In this document: one piece after another, positions 22,759 to 32,000 of the stretch
Layout: every line of letters starts with the position of its first letter
Position numbering within the stretch: position 1 is the first letter of the stretch
Source of the DNA: Cupriavidus necator
GTDB taxonomy: Bacteria > Pseudomonadota > Gammaproteobacteria > Burkholderiales > Burkholderiaceae
Length of the DNA: 32,000 bases
Assembly (NCBI RefSeq): GCF_016127575.1
Contig: NZ_CP066018.1
Coordinates: 1,800,001 to 1,832,000, forward strand
Direction of reading: 5' to 3'
Position numbers and translations under genes: made by a program
The notes under the pieces: generated by a model
What the model was told of the DNA's origin: nothing
Database searches by the model: none
The model's input: only the letters and a program-made list of their open reading frames with translations

Positions 22759-24102
22759 TTGGCCACGGCGAAACCCAATGCAAGCGCGCAAGCCAGGAAC
22801 ACGGCGAAGTACGGCGACCTCAAGCGCCGGCTGATGTTCCTGGTGCTGGCCCTGATCGTGTACCGCATCGGCGCTCATATTCCGGTGCCCGGTATCGATC
22901 CGGAGCAGCTTGCGAAGCTTTTCCAGAGTCAGTCGGGTGGCATCCTCGGGATGTTCAACCTGTTCTCGGGCGGGGCGCTGTCGCGCTTTACCGTCTTCGC
23001 GCTCGGCATCATGCCGTACATCTCGGCGTCGATCATCATGCAGTTGCTGACGATCGTGCTGCCGCAGCTGGAGGCGCTGAAGAAGGAAGGGCAGGCAGGG
23101 CAACGCAAGATCACGCAGTACACGCGCTACGGCACCGTGGTCCTGGCCACGTTCCAGGCGCTGTCGATTGCGGTGGCGCTGGAGTCGCAGCCTGGGCTGG
23201 TGCTGGATCCGGGCCTGATGTTCCGGGCCACGGCAGTGATTACGCTGGTGACCGGCACGATGTTCCTGATGTGGCTGGGTGAGCAGATCACCGAGCGTGG
23301 TCTGGGCAACGGCATCTCGATCATCATCTTCGGCGGTATCGCGGCGGGCCTGCCCAACGCGATCGGCGGACTGTTCGAACTGGTCCGCACGGGTTCCATG
23401 AGCATCATCGCGGCGATCTTCATCGTGGCGATCGTGATCGGTGTGACCTTCGCCGTGGTGTTCGTCGAGCGAGGCCAGCGCAAGATCCTGGTGAACTATG
23501 CCAAGCGTCAGGTCGGCAACAAGGTGTACGGCGGCCAGTCGTCGCACCTGCCGCTGAAGCTGAACATGGCAGGGGTGATTCCGCCGATCTTCGCATCGTC
23601 GATCATCCTGTTCCCGGCGACGATCGCGGGCTGGTTCACGTCCGATGCGACGGGCTCGGTTGGCGGGTTCATCAAGGACCTGGCTGCCACGCTGTCGCCG
23701 GGCCAGCCGGTCTACATCCTGCTGTACGCTGCTGCGATTGTATTTTTCTGCTTCTTCTACACGGCCCTGGTGTACAACAGCCGTGAAGTGGCAGACAACC
23801 TGAAGAAAAGCGGTGCCTTCATTCCGGGCATTCGTCCAGGCGAGCAGACGACGCGCTATATCGACAAGATTCTGGTGCGCCTGACGCTGGCTGGTGCGGT
23901 CTATATCACACTGGTCTGCCTGTTGCCGGAATTCCTGGTGCTGCGGTGGAACGTTCCGTTCTACTTTGGCGGAACCTCGCTGCTGATCATCGTGGTCGTC
24001 ACGATGGACTTCATGGCTCAGGTTCAGTCTTACGTGATGTCGCAGCAATATGAGTCGCTGCTGAAGAAGGCGAATTTCAAGGGCAATCTGACCTTGCGCT
24101 GA
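22759..24102 (+). CDS. secY: Preprotein translocase subunit SecY
   Basis: ...[29 protein letters not shown]......[27 protein letters not shown], multi-pass membrane protein, 447 aa. Probable TTG start at 22759 with GGAG 6 nt upstream. No in-frame ATG occurs before the first TM helix. Confidence 0.95.
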   Translation: MATAKPNASAQARNTAKYGDLKRRLMFLVLALIVYRIGAHIPVPGIDPEQLAKLFQSQSGGILGMFNLFSGGALSRFTVFALGIMPYISASIIMQLLTIVLPQLEALKKEGQAGQRKITQYTRYGTVVLATFQALSIAVALESQPGLVLDPGLMFRATAVITLVTGTMFLMWLGEQITERGLGNGISIIIFGGIAAGLPNAIGGLFELVRTGSMSIIAAIFIVAIVIGVTFAVVFVERGQRKILVNYAKRQVGNKVYGGQSSHLPLKLNMAGVIPPIFASSIILFPATIAGWFTSDATGSVGGFIKDLAATLSPGQPVYILLYAAAIVFFCFFYTALVYNSREVADNLKKSGAFIPGIRPGEQTTRYIDKILVRLTLAGAVYITLVCLLPEFLVLRWNVPFYFGGTSLLIIVVVTMDFMAQVQSYVMSQQYESLLKKANFKGNLTLR

Positions 24103-24125
24103 CTTCGGATCGGTACAGGCTAGGT

Positions 24126-24344
24126 ATGGCAAAAGACGACGTCATCCAGATGCAGGGGGAGGTCCTGGAAAACCTTCCCAATGCGACGTTCCGGGTCAAG
24201 TTGGAAAATGGCCATGTAGTACTGGGCCATATCTCCGGCAAGATGCGAATGAACTACATCCGGATTCTTCCGGGTGACAAGGTGACGGTCGAGCTGACCC
24301 CATATGATCTGTCGCGCGCACGAATCGTCTTCCGGACGAAGTGA
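24126..24344 (+). CDS. infA: Translation initiation factor IF-1
   Basis: [69 protein letters not shown], 72 aa. Confidence 0.98.
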   Translation: MAKDDVIQMQGEVLENLPNATFRVKLENGHVVLGHISGKMRMNYIRILPGDKVTVELTPYDLSRARIVFRTK

Positions 24345-24374
24345 GCGAACAGGAATTGAAGGAAGAGGAAAATT

Positions 24375-24491
24375 ATGAAAGTGCTGGCTTCTGTTAAGCG
24401 CATTTGCCGCAACTGCAAAATCATCAAGCGCAACGGTGTCGTGCGCGTGATCTGCTCGTCGGATCCCCGCCACAAGCAACGCCAAGGCTAA
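24375..24491 (+). CDS. rpmJ: 50S ribosomal protein L36 (zinc-ribbon form)
   Basis: Not in the ORF track because it is too short. Read directly: ATG 24375 ... TAA 24489-24491 gives [38 protein letters not shown] (38 aa, C-x2-C...C...H). GAGGAA lies upstream. Sits at the syntenic position between infA and rpsM. Confidence 0.93.
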
Positions 24492-24510
24492 TCGGAAAGA
24501 GGATTGACGA

Positions 24511-24876
24511 ATGGCACGTATCGCAGGGGTTAACATCCCGAACCACAAGCACACCGAAATCGGCCTGACGGCCATTTATGGTGTCGGCCGCTCGCGCGCT
24601 CGCAAGATTTGCGAGGCCACCGGTGTACCGTTTGACAAGAAGGTCAAGGATCTGACCGACGCCGACCTGGAAAAGCTTCGTGACGAAGTGGGCAAGGTCA
24701 CGGTCGAGGGTGACCTGCGTCGTGAAACCACGATGAACATCAAGCGTCTGATGGACCTTGGTTGCTATCGTGGCATGCGTCACCGCAAGGGCCTGCCCAT
24801 GCGCGGTCAGCGTACCCGGACCAATGCCCGCACCCGCAAGGGTCCGCGCAAGGCCGGCGTGGCTCTGAAGAAGTAA
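24511..24876 (+). CDS. rpsM: 30S ribosomal protein S13
   Basis: [19 protein letters not shown]...A..IC...G.......L......LR......VEGDLRRE....[31 protein letters not shown], 121 aa. Confidence 0.98.
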   Translation: MARIAGVNIPNHKHTEIGLTAIYGVGRSRARKICEATGVPFDKKVKDLTDADLEKLRDEVGKVTVEGDLRRETTMNIKRLMDLGCYRGMRHRKGLPMRGQRTRTNARTRKGPRKAGVALKK

Positions 24877-24900
24877 AGCCGAAGGCAGAGGAAGAAACTA

Positions 24901-25299
24901 ATGGCAAAAGGTCCGAATAACGCCGCTCGCGCGCGTAAAAAGGTCAAGAAGAACGTTGCCGACGGCATTGCGCACGTCCACGCCTCGTTCAACAACACCA
25001 TCATCACGATCACCGACCGCCAGGGCAACGCCCTGTCGTGGGCGACCGCCGGTGGCCAGGGCTTCAAGGGTTCGCGCAAGTCGACCCCGTTCGCTGCCCA
25101 GGTTGCTGCCGAGAACGCCGGTCGCGTGGCGCAAGACCAGGGCATCAAGAACCTGGAAGTGCGCATCAAGGGCCCCGGCCCGGGTCGTGAATCGGCTGTC
25201 CGCGCGCTGAACGCGCTGGGCATCAAGATCGCGATCATCGAAGACGTCACGCCGATTCCGCACAACGGCTGCCGTCCGCCGAAGCGCCGCCGCATCTGA
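24901..25299 (+). CDS. rpsK: 30S ribosomal protein S11
   Basis: ...[49 protein letters not shown].......[40 protein letters not shown], 132 aa. Confidence 0.98.
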
Positions 25300-25364
25300 G
25301 CGTTGGTGTGTCCGGGCCCGGTGGGTTTACCTGCCGGTTTCGGATATGGTAGTATCGCGCGTTG

Positions 25365-25399
25365 ACCTGCTGCATTTTAATGCGGCAGGTTTTCGTTTT
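25365..25399 (+). terminator. Intrinsic terminator/attenuator between rpsK and rpsD
   Basis: ACCTGCTGCA (25365-25374) pairs with TGCGGCAGGT (25381-25390): 10 bp including one G.U, with a 6-nt loop, followed by TTTCGTTTT. There is no T-run on the minus strand, so it acts on the + strand only. Confidence 0.7.
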
Positions 25400-25602
25400 G
25401 CGTCGAGGGAGTGTCTCTTGCGGCACATTCCCATGCCGGCGCACTGTAAATGCTTGCAGCGTCGTACCCGGCAACGGGGCGCGCTTAATAAGCCCACCGT
25501 CCGTCACGGTCTCCCCGGGTGCAGAATTGCACTGCGGAAGTACTGCGTTGACGGACTCGCGGCGCGTCTTGAAGGCGTCGCGATCGATCAAAGGAAGACA
25601 AC

Positions 25603-26226
25603 GTGGCACGTTATACCGGCCCGAAGGCCAAACTTTCCCGCCGTGAAGGCACCGACCTGTTCCTGAAGAGCGCCCGTCGCTCGCTCGCCGACAAGTGCAA
25701 GCTGGACAGCAAGCCGGGCCAGCACGGCCGCACCTCGGGTGCACGCACCTCCGACTACGGCAACCAGCTGCGTGAAAAGCAGAAGGTCAAGCGCATCTAT
25801 GGTGTGCTCGAGCGCCAGTTCCGCCGCTACTTCGCCGAAGCCGACCGCCGCAAGGGCAACACCGGCGAAAACCTGCTGCAACTGCTGGAATCGCGCCTGG
25901 ACAACGTTGTGTACCGCATGGGCTTTGGCTCGACCCGCGCTGAAGCGCGCCAGCTGGTGTCGCACAAGGCGATCCTGGTGAACGGTCAGACCCTGAACGT
26001 GCCGTCGGCCCAGATCAAGTCTGGCGACGTCGTCACCATCCGCGAACAGTCGAAGAAGCAAGTCCGTATCGCTGAAGCGCTGTCGCTGGCCGAGCAGTCG
26101 GGCTTCCCGACCTGGGTGGCGGTGGATTCGAAGAAGTTCGAAGGTACCTTCAAGCAAGTGCCGGATCGCGCCGATATCTCGGGCGACATCAACGAAAGCC
26201 TGATCGTCGAACTGTACTCGCGTTAA
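25603..26226 (+). CDS. rpsD: 30S ribosomal protein S4
   Basis: [23 protein letters not shown]........K.......PGQHG.......S.YG.QLREKQK..R.YGVLE.QFR.Y, 207 aa. GTG start at 25603 with AAGGAAG upstream. Confidence 0.97.
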   Translation: MARYTGPKAKLSRREGTDLFLKSARRSLADKCKLDSKPGQHGRTSGARTSDYGNQLREKQKVKRIYGVLERQFRRYFAEADRRKGNTGENLLQLLESRLDNVVYRMGFGSTRAEARQLVSHKAILVNGQTLNVPSAQIKSGDVVTIREQSKKQVRIAEALSLAEQSGFPTWVAVDSKKFEGTFKQVPDRADISGDINESLIVELYSR

Positions 26227-26393
26227 TCACGCGAGCGGAACGGCCCAGAGCTTGCGTTCGCCGCAAAGCTTCCCTTCCAGCCCGACGCGCTGTACGCGCG
26301 GTCGGGCTTCGCCCATCTCGCGATGGGATTTTCAGGTTCCAAACGTCAGCCTTATCGGTGTAACGAGCCGAGGGTATTGAAAAGGACAACCTA

Positions 26394-27374
26394 ATGCAAA
26401 CAGCACTCCTCAAGCCAAAAATCATCGCCGTCGAGCCTCTGGGCGACCATCACGCCAAAGTCGTGATGGAGCCGTTCGAGCGCGGCTACGGCCATACGCT
26501 CGGTAACGCCCTGCGTCGCGTGCTGCTGTCGTCGATGGTCGGCTATGCACCGACCGAAGTCACGATCGCTGGGGTGGTCCACGAGTATTCCACCATCGAC
26601 GGCGTGCAGGAAGACGTCGTCAACCTGCTGCTCAATCTGAAGGGCGTGGTGTTCAAGCTGCACAACCGCGACGAAGTCACGGTGTCGCTGCGCAAGGATG
26701 GCGAAGGCGTGGTCACGGCTGCCGATATCGAGCTGCCGCACGACGTCGAGATCATCAACCCGAACCACGTGATCGCCCATCTGTCCGCCGGCGGCAAGCT
26801 GGACATGCAGATCAAGGTCGAGCAAGGCCGCGGCTATGTGCCGGGCAACGTGCGCAAGTTCGGCGACGAGTCGGGCAAGGTCATCGGCCGCATCGTGCTG
26901 GACGCTTCGTTCTCGCCGGTGCGCCGCGTCTCGTACGCGGTTGAATCCGCTCGCGTGGAACAGCGTACCGACCTGGACAAGCTGGTGATGAACATCGAAA
27001 CCGACGGCGTGATCTCGCCCGAGGAAGCGATCCGCCAGTCGGCCCGCATCCTGGTCGACCAGCTGTCCGTGTTCGCCGCGCTGGAAGGCACCGAGTCGGC
27101 AGCCGAGGCTGCATCGAGCCGCACGCCGCAGATCGATCCGATCCTGCTGCGCCCGGTCGACGACCTGGAGCTGACGGTGCGTTCGGCCAACTGCCTGAAG
27201 GCCGAGAACATCTACTACATCGGCGACCTGATCCAGCGTACCGAGAACGAACTGCTCAAGACCCCGAACCTGGGTCGCAAGTCGCTCAACGAGATCAAGG
27301 AAGTCCTCGCATCGCGTGGCCTGACCCTTGGCATGAAGCTCGAGAACTGGCCGCCCGCAGGTCTGGAGAAGTAA
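26394..27374 (+). CDS. rpoA: DNA-directed RNA polymerase alpha subunit
   Basis: ...[31 protein letters not shown]...GV.EDV..ILLNLK plus the C-terminal domain [44 protein letters not shown], 326 aa. Confidence 0.98.
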   Translation: MQTALLKPKIIAVEPLGDHHAKVVMEPFERGYGHTLGNALRRVLLSSMVGYAPTEVTIAGVVHEYSTIDGVQEDVVNLLLNLKGVVFKLHNRDEVTVSLRKDGEGVVTAADIELPHDVEIINPNHVIAHLSAGGKLDMQIKVEQGRGYVPGNVRKFGDESGKVIGRIVLDASFSPVRRVSYAVESARVEQRTDLDKLVMNIETDGVISPEEAIRQSARILVDQLSVFAALEGTESAAEAASSRTPQIDPILLRPVDDLELTVRSANCLKAENIYYIGDLIQRTENELLKTPNLGRKSLNEIKEVLASRGLTLGMKLENWPPAGLEK

Positions 27375-27510
27375 TTGTGGCGCGGGGCATTGGTCCCGCA
27401 CCGCGGTAACCGCCCTGGCTTCGTGCCAGGACTCGTATGACTACCGGCCCGCGTCCAGCCGCATCGGACGATAGAAGAGCTGGTCAAACACTTAACTGAA
27501 AGGAATCATC

Positions 27511-27906
27511 ATGCGTCACCGTCATGGTCTGCGGAAACTGAACCGCACCTCGTCGCACCGTCTCGCGATGCTGCGCAACATGTCCAACTCGCTGTTCCAG
27601 CACGAGCTGATCAAGACCACCGTGCCCAAGGCCAAGGAACTGCGCAAGGTTGTCGAGCCGCTGATCACGCTGGCCAAGAAGGACACCGTTGCCAACCGCC
27701 GCCTGGCTTTCGCCCGTCTGCGCGACCGCGACATGGTCACCAAGCTGTTCACCGAACTGGGCCCGCGCTACGCCACCCGTCCGGGCGGCTACACCCGCAT
27801 CCTGAAGTTCGGTTTCCGTCAGGGTGACAATGCGCCGATGGCGCTGGTCGAACTGGTGGATCGTCCGGAAATCACCGAAGCCCCGGCTGAAGAAGCCGCG
27901 GAATAA
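27511..27906 (+). CDS. rplQ: 50S ribosomal protein L17
   Basis: [49 protein letters not shown], 131 aa. Confidence 0.98.
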   Translation: MRHRHGLRKLNRTSSHRLAMLRNMSNSLFQHELIKTTVPKAKELRKVVEPLITLAKKDTVANRRLAFARLRDRDMVTKLFTELGPRYATRPGGYTRILKFGFRQGDNAPMALVELVDRPEITEAPAEEAAE

Positions 27907-27960
27907 GGTAGTTTCCCGCCCGCCGCTGCGGCGACGGGTACGGGCACACCGCTTACAATC

Positions 27961-27992
27961 GAGCCAGGCATCTGCCTGGCTCTTTTGTTTTT
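27961..27992 (+). terminator. Rho-independent terminator of the alpha operon
   Basis: GAGCCAGGC (27961-27969), loop ATCT, GCCTGGCTC (27974-27982), followed by TTTTGTTTTT. Confidence 0.85.
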
Positions 27993-28026
27993 GGGCCGCC
28001 GCCGTGCCTGCCGCAAGGAGATGTCG

Positions 28027-28404
28027 ATGCAAAGCCATGCCAGCCAGCCGGATGCCGGCGCCCCGGGCGATCCGGCCGAGGTGATCGTCGTGATCACCAA
28101 TACTCCAGATGCCGAGACCGCGGCGCACCTGTCGCAGGTAGTGCTGGAGGCGCGCGCCGCCGCCTGCGTGAACCGCCTGGCGCCGGTCGAGTCCGAGTAC
28201 TGGTGGCAGGGCAAGCTGGAGCGCGCGCAGGAGTGGCCGCTGCTGATCAAGACCACGCGTGCACGTTACGCTGCGCTGGAGGCCGTGATCCGGCAACATC
28301 ACCCCTACGACGTGCCGGAACTCATAGCGTGGCCGGTGACGGCCGGTTACGCGCCGTACCTGGCCTGGGTCAGCAGCGAGACCGCCTCAGGGCCGGCAAA
28401 GTAG
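28027..28404 (+). CDS. cutA: Divalent-cation tolerance protein CutA
   Basis: ...VVITN.P....A..L....LE.R.AACVN.L.PV.S.YWW.GK.E...E..L.IKT....Y..LE..I...HPY.VPE.IA. Start chosen at ATG 28027 (AGGAG 6 nt upstream). ATG 28021 is an alternative. Typical cutA-dsbD pairing. Confidence 0.85.
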   Translation: MQSHASQPDAGAPGDPAEVIVVITNTPDAETAAHLSQVVLEARAAACVNRLAPVESEYWWQGKLERAQEWPLLIKTTRARYAALEAVIRQHHPYDVPELIAWPVTAGYAPYLAWVSSETASGPAK

Positions 28405-28475
28405 GGGCAACCGCGCCCGCAGCGCAGCAGCAGGTACGCCGCCCCCCCAGTTCAAGACAGACAGGAAACAGCGAG

Positions 28476-30374
28476 ATGACAATCGGTTTGGCACTTCCGG
28501 AGCGCGCGCGCGGGCAGGTCTGGGCGCGGCATATTGCCGCAGCGCTGCTGGCGGCATTGGCCTGGGTGTGCCTGGCGGGCGGCGCGCATGCCGCCACCGA
28601 AGACGACTTCCTGCCGCCGGAGCAGGCCTTCCGCTTCGCCGCGAGCCAGCTTGACGACAAGACTGTCGAGGTGCGCTTCGAGGTTGCCCCCGGCTACTAC
28701 ATGTACCGCGAGCGCTTCGCCTTTGCCGCGCAACCCGCCGACGTGAAGCTGGGAATGCCGGCGTATCCGCCGGGCAAGGTCAAGTTCGACGAGACCTTCG
28801 GCAAGGAGATGGAGACCTACCGCGACAGCGTGGTCATCCGCGTGCCGGTGGAGGCGGCGCCGGCCGACGGCAAGTGGTCGCTGACGGTCACCTCGCAGGG
28901 CTGCGCCGACAAGGGCCTGTGCTATCCGCCGATGGAGAGCGTGTACAAGGTCGGCGGCAGCGGGCTGGCCGACCTGTTCGGCAAGCGCGGGCGCTCGGAT
29001 GCGCCGGCGGCCGTGCCTGCCCCTGCGCCAGCCGCCCCCGCGGTGCTGCGCGCCGACGACAGCGACCGCATCGCCGGCGCGCTGGCGAGCCGCAACCTGG
29101 CCCTGATCGCCGCACTGTTCTTCGGCCTGGGCCTGCTGCTGACGTTCACTCCATGCGTGCTGCCGATGGTGCCGATCCTGTCCTCGATCGTGGTGGGCGA
29201 GCACGTCACGCGCGGCCGTGCGCTGGTGGTGTCGCTGGCCTACGTGCTGGGCATGGCGGTGGTGTACACCGCGGTCGGCGTGGCTGCCGGGCTGCTGGGC
29301 GAGGGCCTGTCGGCCGCGCTGCAGACACCGTGGGTGCTGGGCCTGTTCGCAGCGCTGATGGTGGCCCTGGCGCTGTCGATGTTCGGGCTGTACGAGCTGC
29401 AACTGCCGCAGCGCTGGCAGACCCGCCTGACCGAATCGTCGCACCGCCGCCAGGGCGGCCAGGTGGCGGGTGCGGCGGCAATGGGCGCGATCTCGGCGCT
29501 GATCGTCGGGCCCTGCGTCACCGCGCCGCTGGCCGGGGCGCTGGCCTATATCGCGCAATCCCGCGACGCCGTGATCGGCGGCGCGGCGCTGTTCGCCATG
29601 GCGCTCGGCATGGGCGTGCCGCTGGTGCTGGTGGGCGTGGGCGCGGGCAACCTGCTGCCGCGGGCCGGGCGCTGGATGGAGGTCACCAAGCGCTTCTTCG
29701 GCTTCCTGCTGCTGGGCGTGGCGCTGTGGATGCTGGGGCCGGTGCTGCCGGCCTGGGCCTCGATGCTGGCGCTGGCGGCGCTGCTGCTGGTGGCGGCGGT
29801 GTTCCTGGGCGCCTTTGACGGCCTGGGCCCGGATCCGCGCAACCTGGCGCGGGTGGGCAAGGGCGTGGGCGTGCTGTTTGCGATCGCAGCGGCGATCGTG
29901 CTGATTGGCGTGGCCTCGGGCGGGCGCGATCCGCTGCAGCCGCTGTCGCACCTGAGCGTGGCACGCGGTGGCGCGGAAGCCGCTGCCGGCGCACAGGCGG
30001 TGCGCTTCGAGCGCGTGCGCAGCGTGGCCGAGCTCGATGCCCGCGTGGCGCAGGCCGCCGCCGCAGGCAAGCCGGTGCTGCTGGATTTCTACGCCGACTG
30101 GTGCGTCAGCTGCAAGGAAATGGAGCGCATGACCTTCGTCGATCCGCGCGTGCGCGCGCGGCTGTCCGAGATCGTGCTGCTGCAGGCGGACGTGACCGCC
30201 AACAATGCCGACGACAAGGCGCTGCTCAAGCGCTTCGGCCTGTTCGGGCCGCCCGGCATCATCCTGTTCGGGCCTGACGGGCGCGAGCGCCCGGTGCGCG
30301 TGATCGGCTACCAGTCGGCCAACCGCTTCCTGGAAAGCCTGGAGCGGGCCTTCGGCACGCGTACCAGCACCTGA
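28476..30374 (+). CDS. dsbD: Thiol:disulfide interchange protein DsbD (DipZ)
   Basis: Signal peptide (…AALAWVCLAGGAHAA), N-terminal periplasmic domain (QGCADKGLCYPP), membrane core with FTPCVLPM and VGPCVTAPL Cys motifs, and a C-terminal thioredoxin fold (FYADWCVSCKEME). Start at ATG 28476. The 5' part of the ORF-track ORF (28203-28475) overlaps cutA and is rejected. Confidence 0.9.
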   Translation: MTIGLALPERARGQVWARHIAAALLAALAWVCLAGGAHAATEDDFLPPEQAFRFAASQLDDKTVEVRFEVAPGYYMYRERFAFAAQPADVKLGMPAYPPGKVKFDETFGKEMETYRDSVVIRVPVEAAPADGKWSLTVTSQGCADKGLCYPPMESVYKVGGSGLADLFGKRGRSDAPAAVPAPAPAAPAVLRADDSDRIAGALASRNLALIAALFFGLGLLLTFTPCVLPMVPILSSIVVGEHVTRGRALVVSLAYVLGMAVVYTAVGVAAGLLGEGLSAALQTPWVLGLFAALMVALALSMFGLYELQLPQRWQTRLTESSHRRQGGQVAGAAAMGAISALIVGPCVTAPLAGALAYIAQSRDAVIGGAALFAMALGMGVPLVLVGVGAGNLLPRAGRWMEVTKRFFGFLLLGVALWMLGPVLPAWASMLALAALLLVAAVFLGAFDGLGPDPRNLARVGKGVGVLFAIAAAIVLIGVASGGRDPLQPLSHLSVARGGAEAAAGAQAVRFERVRSVAELDARVAQAAAAGKPVLLDFYADWCVSCKEMERMTFVDPRVRARLSEIVLLQADVTANNADDKALLKRFGLFGPPGIILFGPDGRERPVRVIGYQSANRFLESLERAFGTRTST

Positions 30375-30398
30375 CGCGTACCTAGTGCTGCGCGGTGG

Positions 30399-31613
30399 CT
30401 ACCGTTCCAGCCGCCGCCCCAGCGCCCACAGCGCGGCCAGCCCCAGCGCCACGGCGCCCATCAGGCCGATCGACCACCAGAACCCGTGCGGCTCGCGCAG
30501 CCAGGGCATGCGGTCGAAGTTCATGCCGAAGACACCGGTGATCAGCGTCAGCGGCATGAACAGCGCCGTGATCAGCGTCAGCGCGCGCATGGTGCGGTTG
30601 GTCCGGTGCGCCACCGCGGAGAAGTGGATCTGCACCGCCGACTCGATCGAATCCTCCAGCCGGCGCGCGTGCGCCAGCACGCGCTGGATATGCTCCATCA
30701 CGTCGTTGATGCGCACCAGCAGCACCTCGTCACGCCCCGGCGCATTGGCCGGGCCGCCGGGCTGGTCGCTGCTGAAGCGGTTGTCGAGCAGGCTGTCGCG
30801 GAATTCCTGCAGCGCGTCGCGTTGCTCTTCGCTCAGGTGCTCCAGCTTGCGCAGCTGGATGCGGGCATCCAGCAGTCCCTCCCAGCTTGAGAAGCTGCGG
30901 CGCGAATTGAGCAGCGCGCGCTGCCAGCGGTCGAGCTGGCGCGTCAGCGGCGCGCGCAGTTCCAGGTAACGGTCGACCATCGCATTGAGCAGGCGCAGCA
31001 TCAGGTCCTCGGGCCGGCTGGGCGGGCGCACGCCGTGCAGCAGCGGCTGGCCATTGCCACGCACGGGCGTGGCCTGCGGGCGTGGTGCCTGGCATAGCTC
31101 GATCAGACGCTGGCGCACCTGGTCAACGGTGCGCGATTGCCCCGAGCGCACCGTGACCAGCACCGTGTCGAACACGAAAAACGTGACCGGCTGGGTGTCG
31201 ATCTTGGCCAGTGCCGGGAGGAAGCCGGGCGGATAGCGCTTCTGGCGGGCGGCGGACTCGGCAGCGGACGGCTTCGCCGTTCCGGCCACAGGGTCCTGCG
31301 GCTCGGCCTCGGCGATGGCGCGGCTGGTCTCGAAGGTGAGCTTGCGGAAGATCACCATGTCGTACGCATTGGTCGTGTCGAAATACGACGGATGCGCGGC
31401 ATTGGTGGCGTCGGCCAGGTGCAGGTCCAGGATCGGCGCGCCGGCAAGCTGGCGCACGCTCTCGCGCCAGACATCCGGCGCGGCGGTGACTTCTTCTGTG
31501 GAGAAATCCGCCCAGACGAACAGCGACGCGGCATTGCTGCCGAGGAAGTTGCCCGCCTCGGTGAGCGAGGCGAGCGGGTGTACCTGGCTGGCCGAGAAGC
31601 CTAGCAGTTCCAT
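30399..31613 (-). CDS. CorA-family divalent metal ion transporter
   Basis: The C-terminus has two TM helices flanking the GMN signature (ALFMPLTLITGVFGMNFDRMPW...FWWSIGLMGAVALGLAALW). 404 aa, with a low-complexity Ala/Pro-rich segment in the cytoplasmic domain. Confidence 0.8.
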   Translation of the reverse strand: MELLGFSASQVHPLASLTEAGNFLGSNAASLFVWADFSTEEVTAAPDVWRESVRQLAGAPILDLHLADATNAAHPSYFDTTNAYDMVIFRKLTFETSRAIAEAEPQDPVAGTAKPSAAESAARQKRYPPGFLPALAKIDTQPVTFFVFDTVLVTVRSGQSRTVDQVRQRLIELCQAPRPQATPVRGNGQPLLHGVRPPSRPEDLMLRLLNAMVDRYLELRAPLTRQLDRWQRALLNSRRSFSSWEGLLDARIQLRKLEHLSEEQRDALQEFRDSLLDNRFSSDQPGGPANAPGRDEVLLVRINDVMEHIQRVLAHARRLEDSIESAVQIHFSAVAHRTNRTMRALTLITALFMPLTLITGVFGMNFDRMPWLREPHGFWWSIGLMGAVALGLAALWALGRRLER

Positions 31614-31635
31614 AGGCGCTCTGTCGGTTAGCCGC

Positions 31636-32000
<365 letters not shown>

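Noticed and set aside
22741-24132. 463-aa minus-strand ORF opposite secY
   Set aside because: Antisense artefact. Its composition is highly Arg/Asp/His/Gln-biased, and the secY frame is clearly the real one.
25326-25399. Idea that the promoter-like TTTACC-N18-TAGTAT plus the terminator define a tiny sRNA gene
   Set aside because: The transcript would be only about 40 nt and consist of the terminator hairpin alone. More likely the hairpin terminates or attenuates rpsK-derived transcripts. I keep the promoter match as uncertain rather than calling an sRNA.
25346-25666. 106-aa and 94-aa ORFs in the rpsK-rpsD spacer
   Set aside because: They run through the terminator hairpin and into rpsD out of frame. 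They have no RBS and an odd composition.
28203-28475. 5' extension of the dsbD ORF overlapping cutA
   Set aside because: It overlaps the cutA coding frame. The ATG at 28476 is followed directly by a plausible signal peptide.
28452-29951. 499-aa minus-strand ORF and several + strand alternative-frame ORFs within dsbD
   Set aside because: The dsbD frame has a signal peptide, conserved Cys motifs and a thioredoxin CxxC. The others are Arg/His/Gln/Pro-rich GC artefacts.

Overview
High-GC betaproteobacterial chromosome, with Burkholderiaceae-type protein sequences (Cupriavidus/Ralstonia-like). The window spans the main ribosomal-protein supercluster on the + strand. Gene order is: rpoC 3' end, recQ, str operon (rpsL-rpsG-fusA-tuf), rpsJ, a 5.7-kb accessory insertion, rplC through rpsQ (rest of the S10 operon), rplN through secY (spc), infA-rpmJ-rpsM-rpsK, rpsD-rpoA-rplQ (alpha), cutA-dsbD, then a CorA-family transporter gene and the hemB 3' end on the - strand. 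The main anomaly is the insertion between rpsJ and rplC. It holds a divergently transcribed AraC-family regulator and a 4-gene operon: a dienelactone-hydrolase/NTF2-like fusion, an SDR dehydrogenase, a StyA-like flavin monooxygenase and a flavin reductase. As far as I recall, this content and order match the iif/ind-type indole-to-anthranilate oxidation clusters, so the chemistry is probably not new. The location is what stands out: it cuts one of the most conserved gene junctions in bacteria. rpsJ is left followed directly by an intrinsic terminator, and rplC has its own near-consensus promoter and a structured leader. Other points are unusually long, structured spacers at rpsL/rpsG, rpsQ/rplN and rpsK/rpsD, the last with an intrinsic terminator that splits the classical alpha operon. 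These are candidate betaproteobacterial ribosomal-protein cis-regulatory RNAs. rpmJ (38 aa) is absent from the ORF track and was found by reading the sequence. I recognised no tRNA, rRNA, CRISPR array, transposase or integrase. The many long minus-strand ORFs opposite ribosomal-protein genes are high-GC antisense artefacts.
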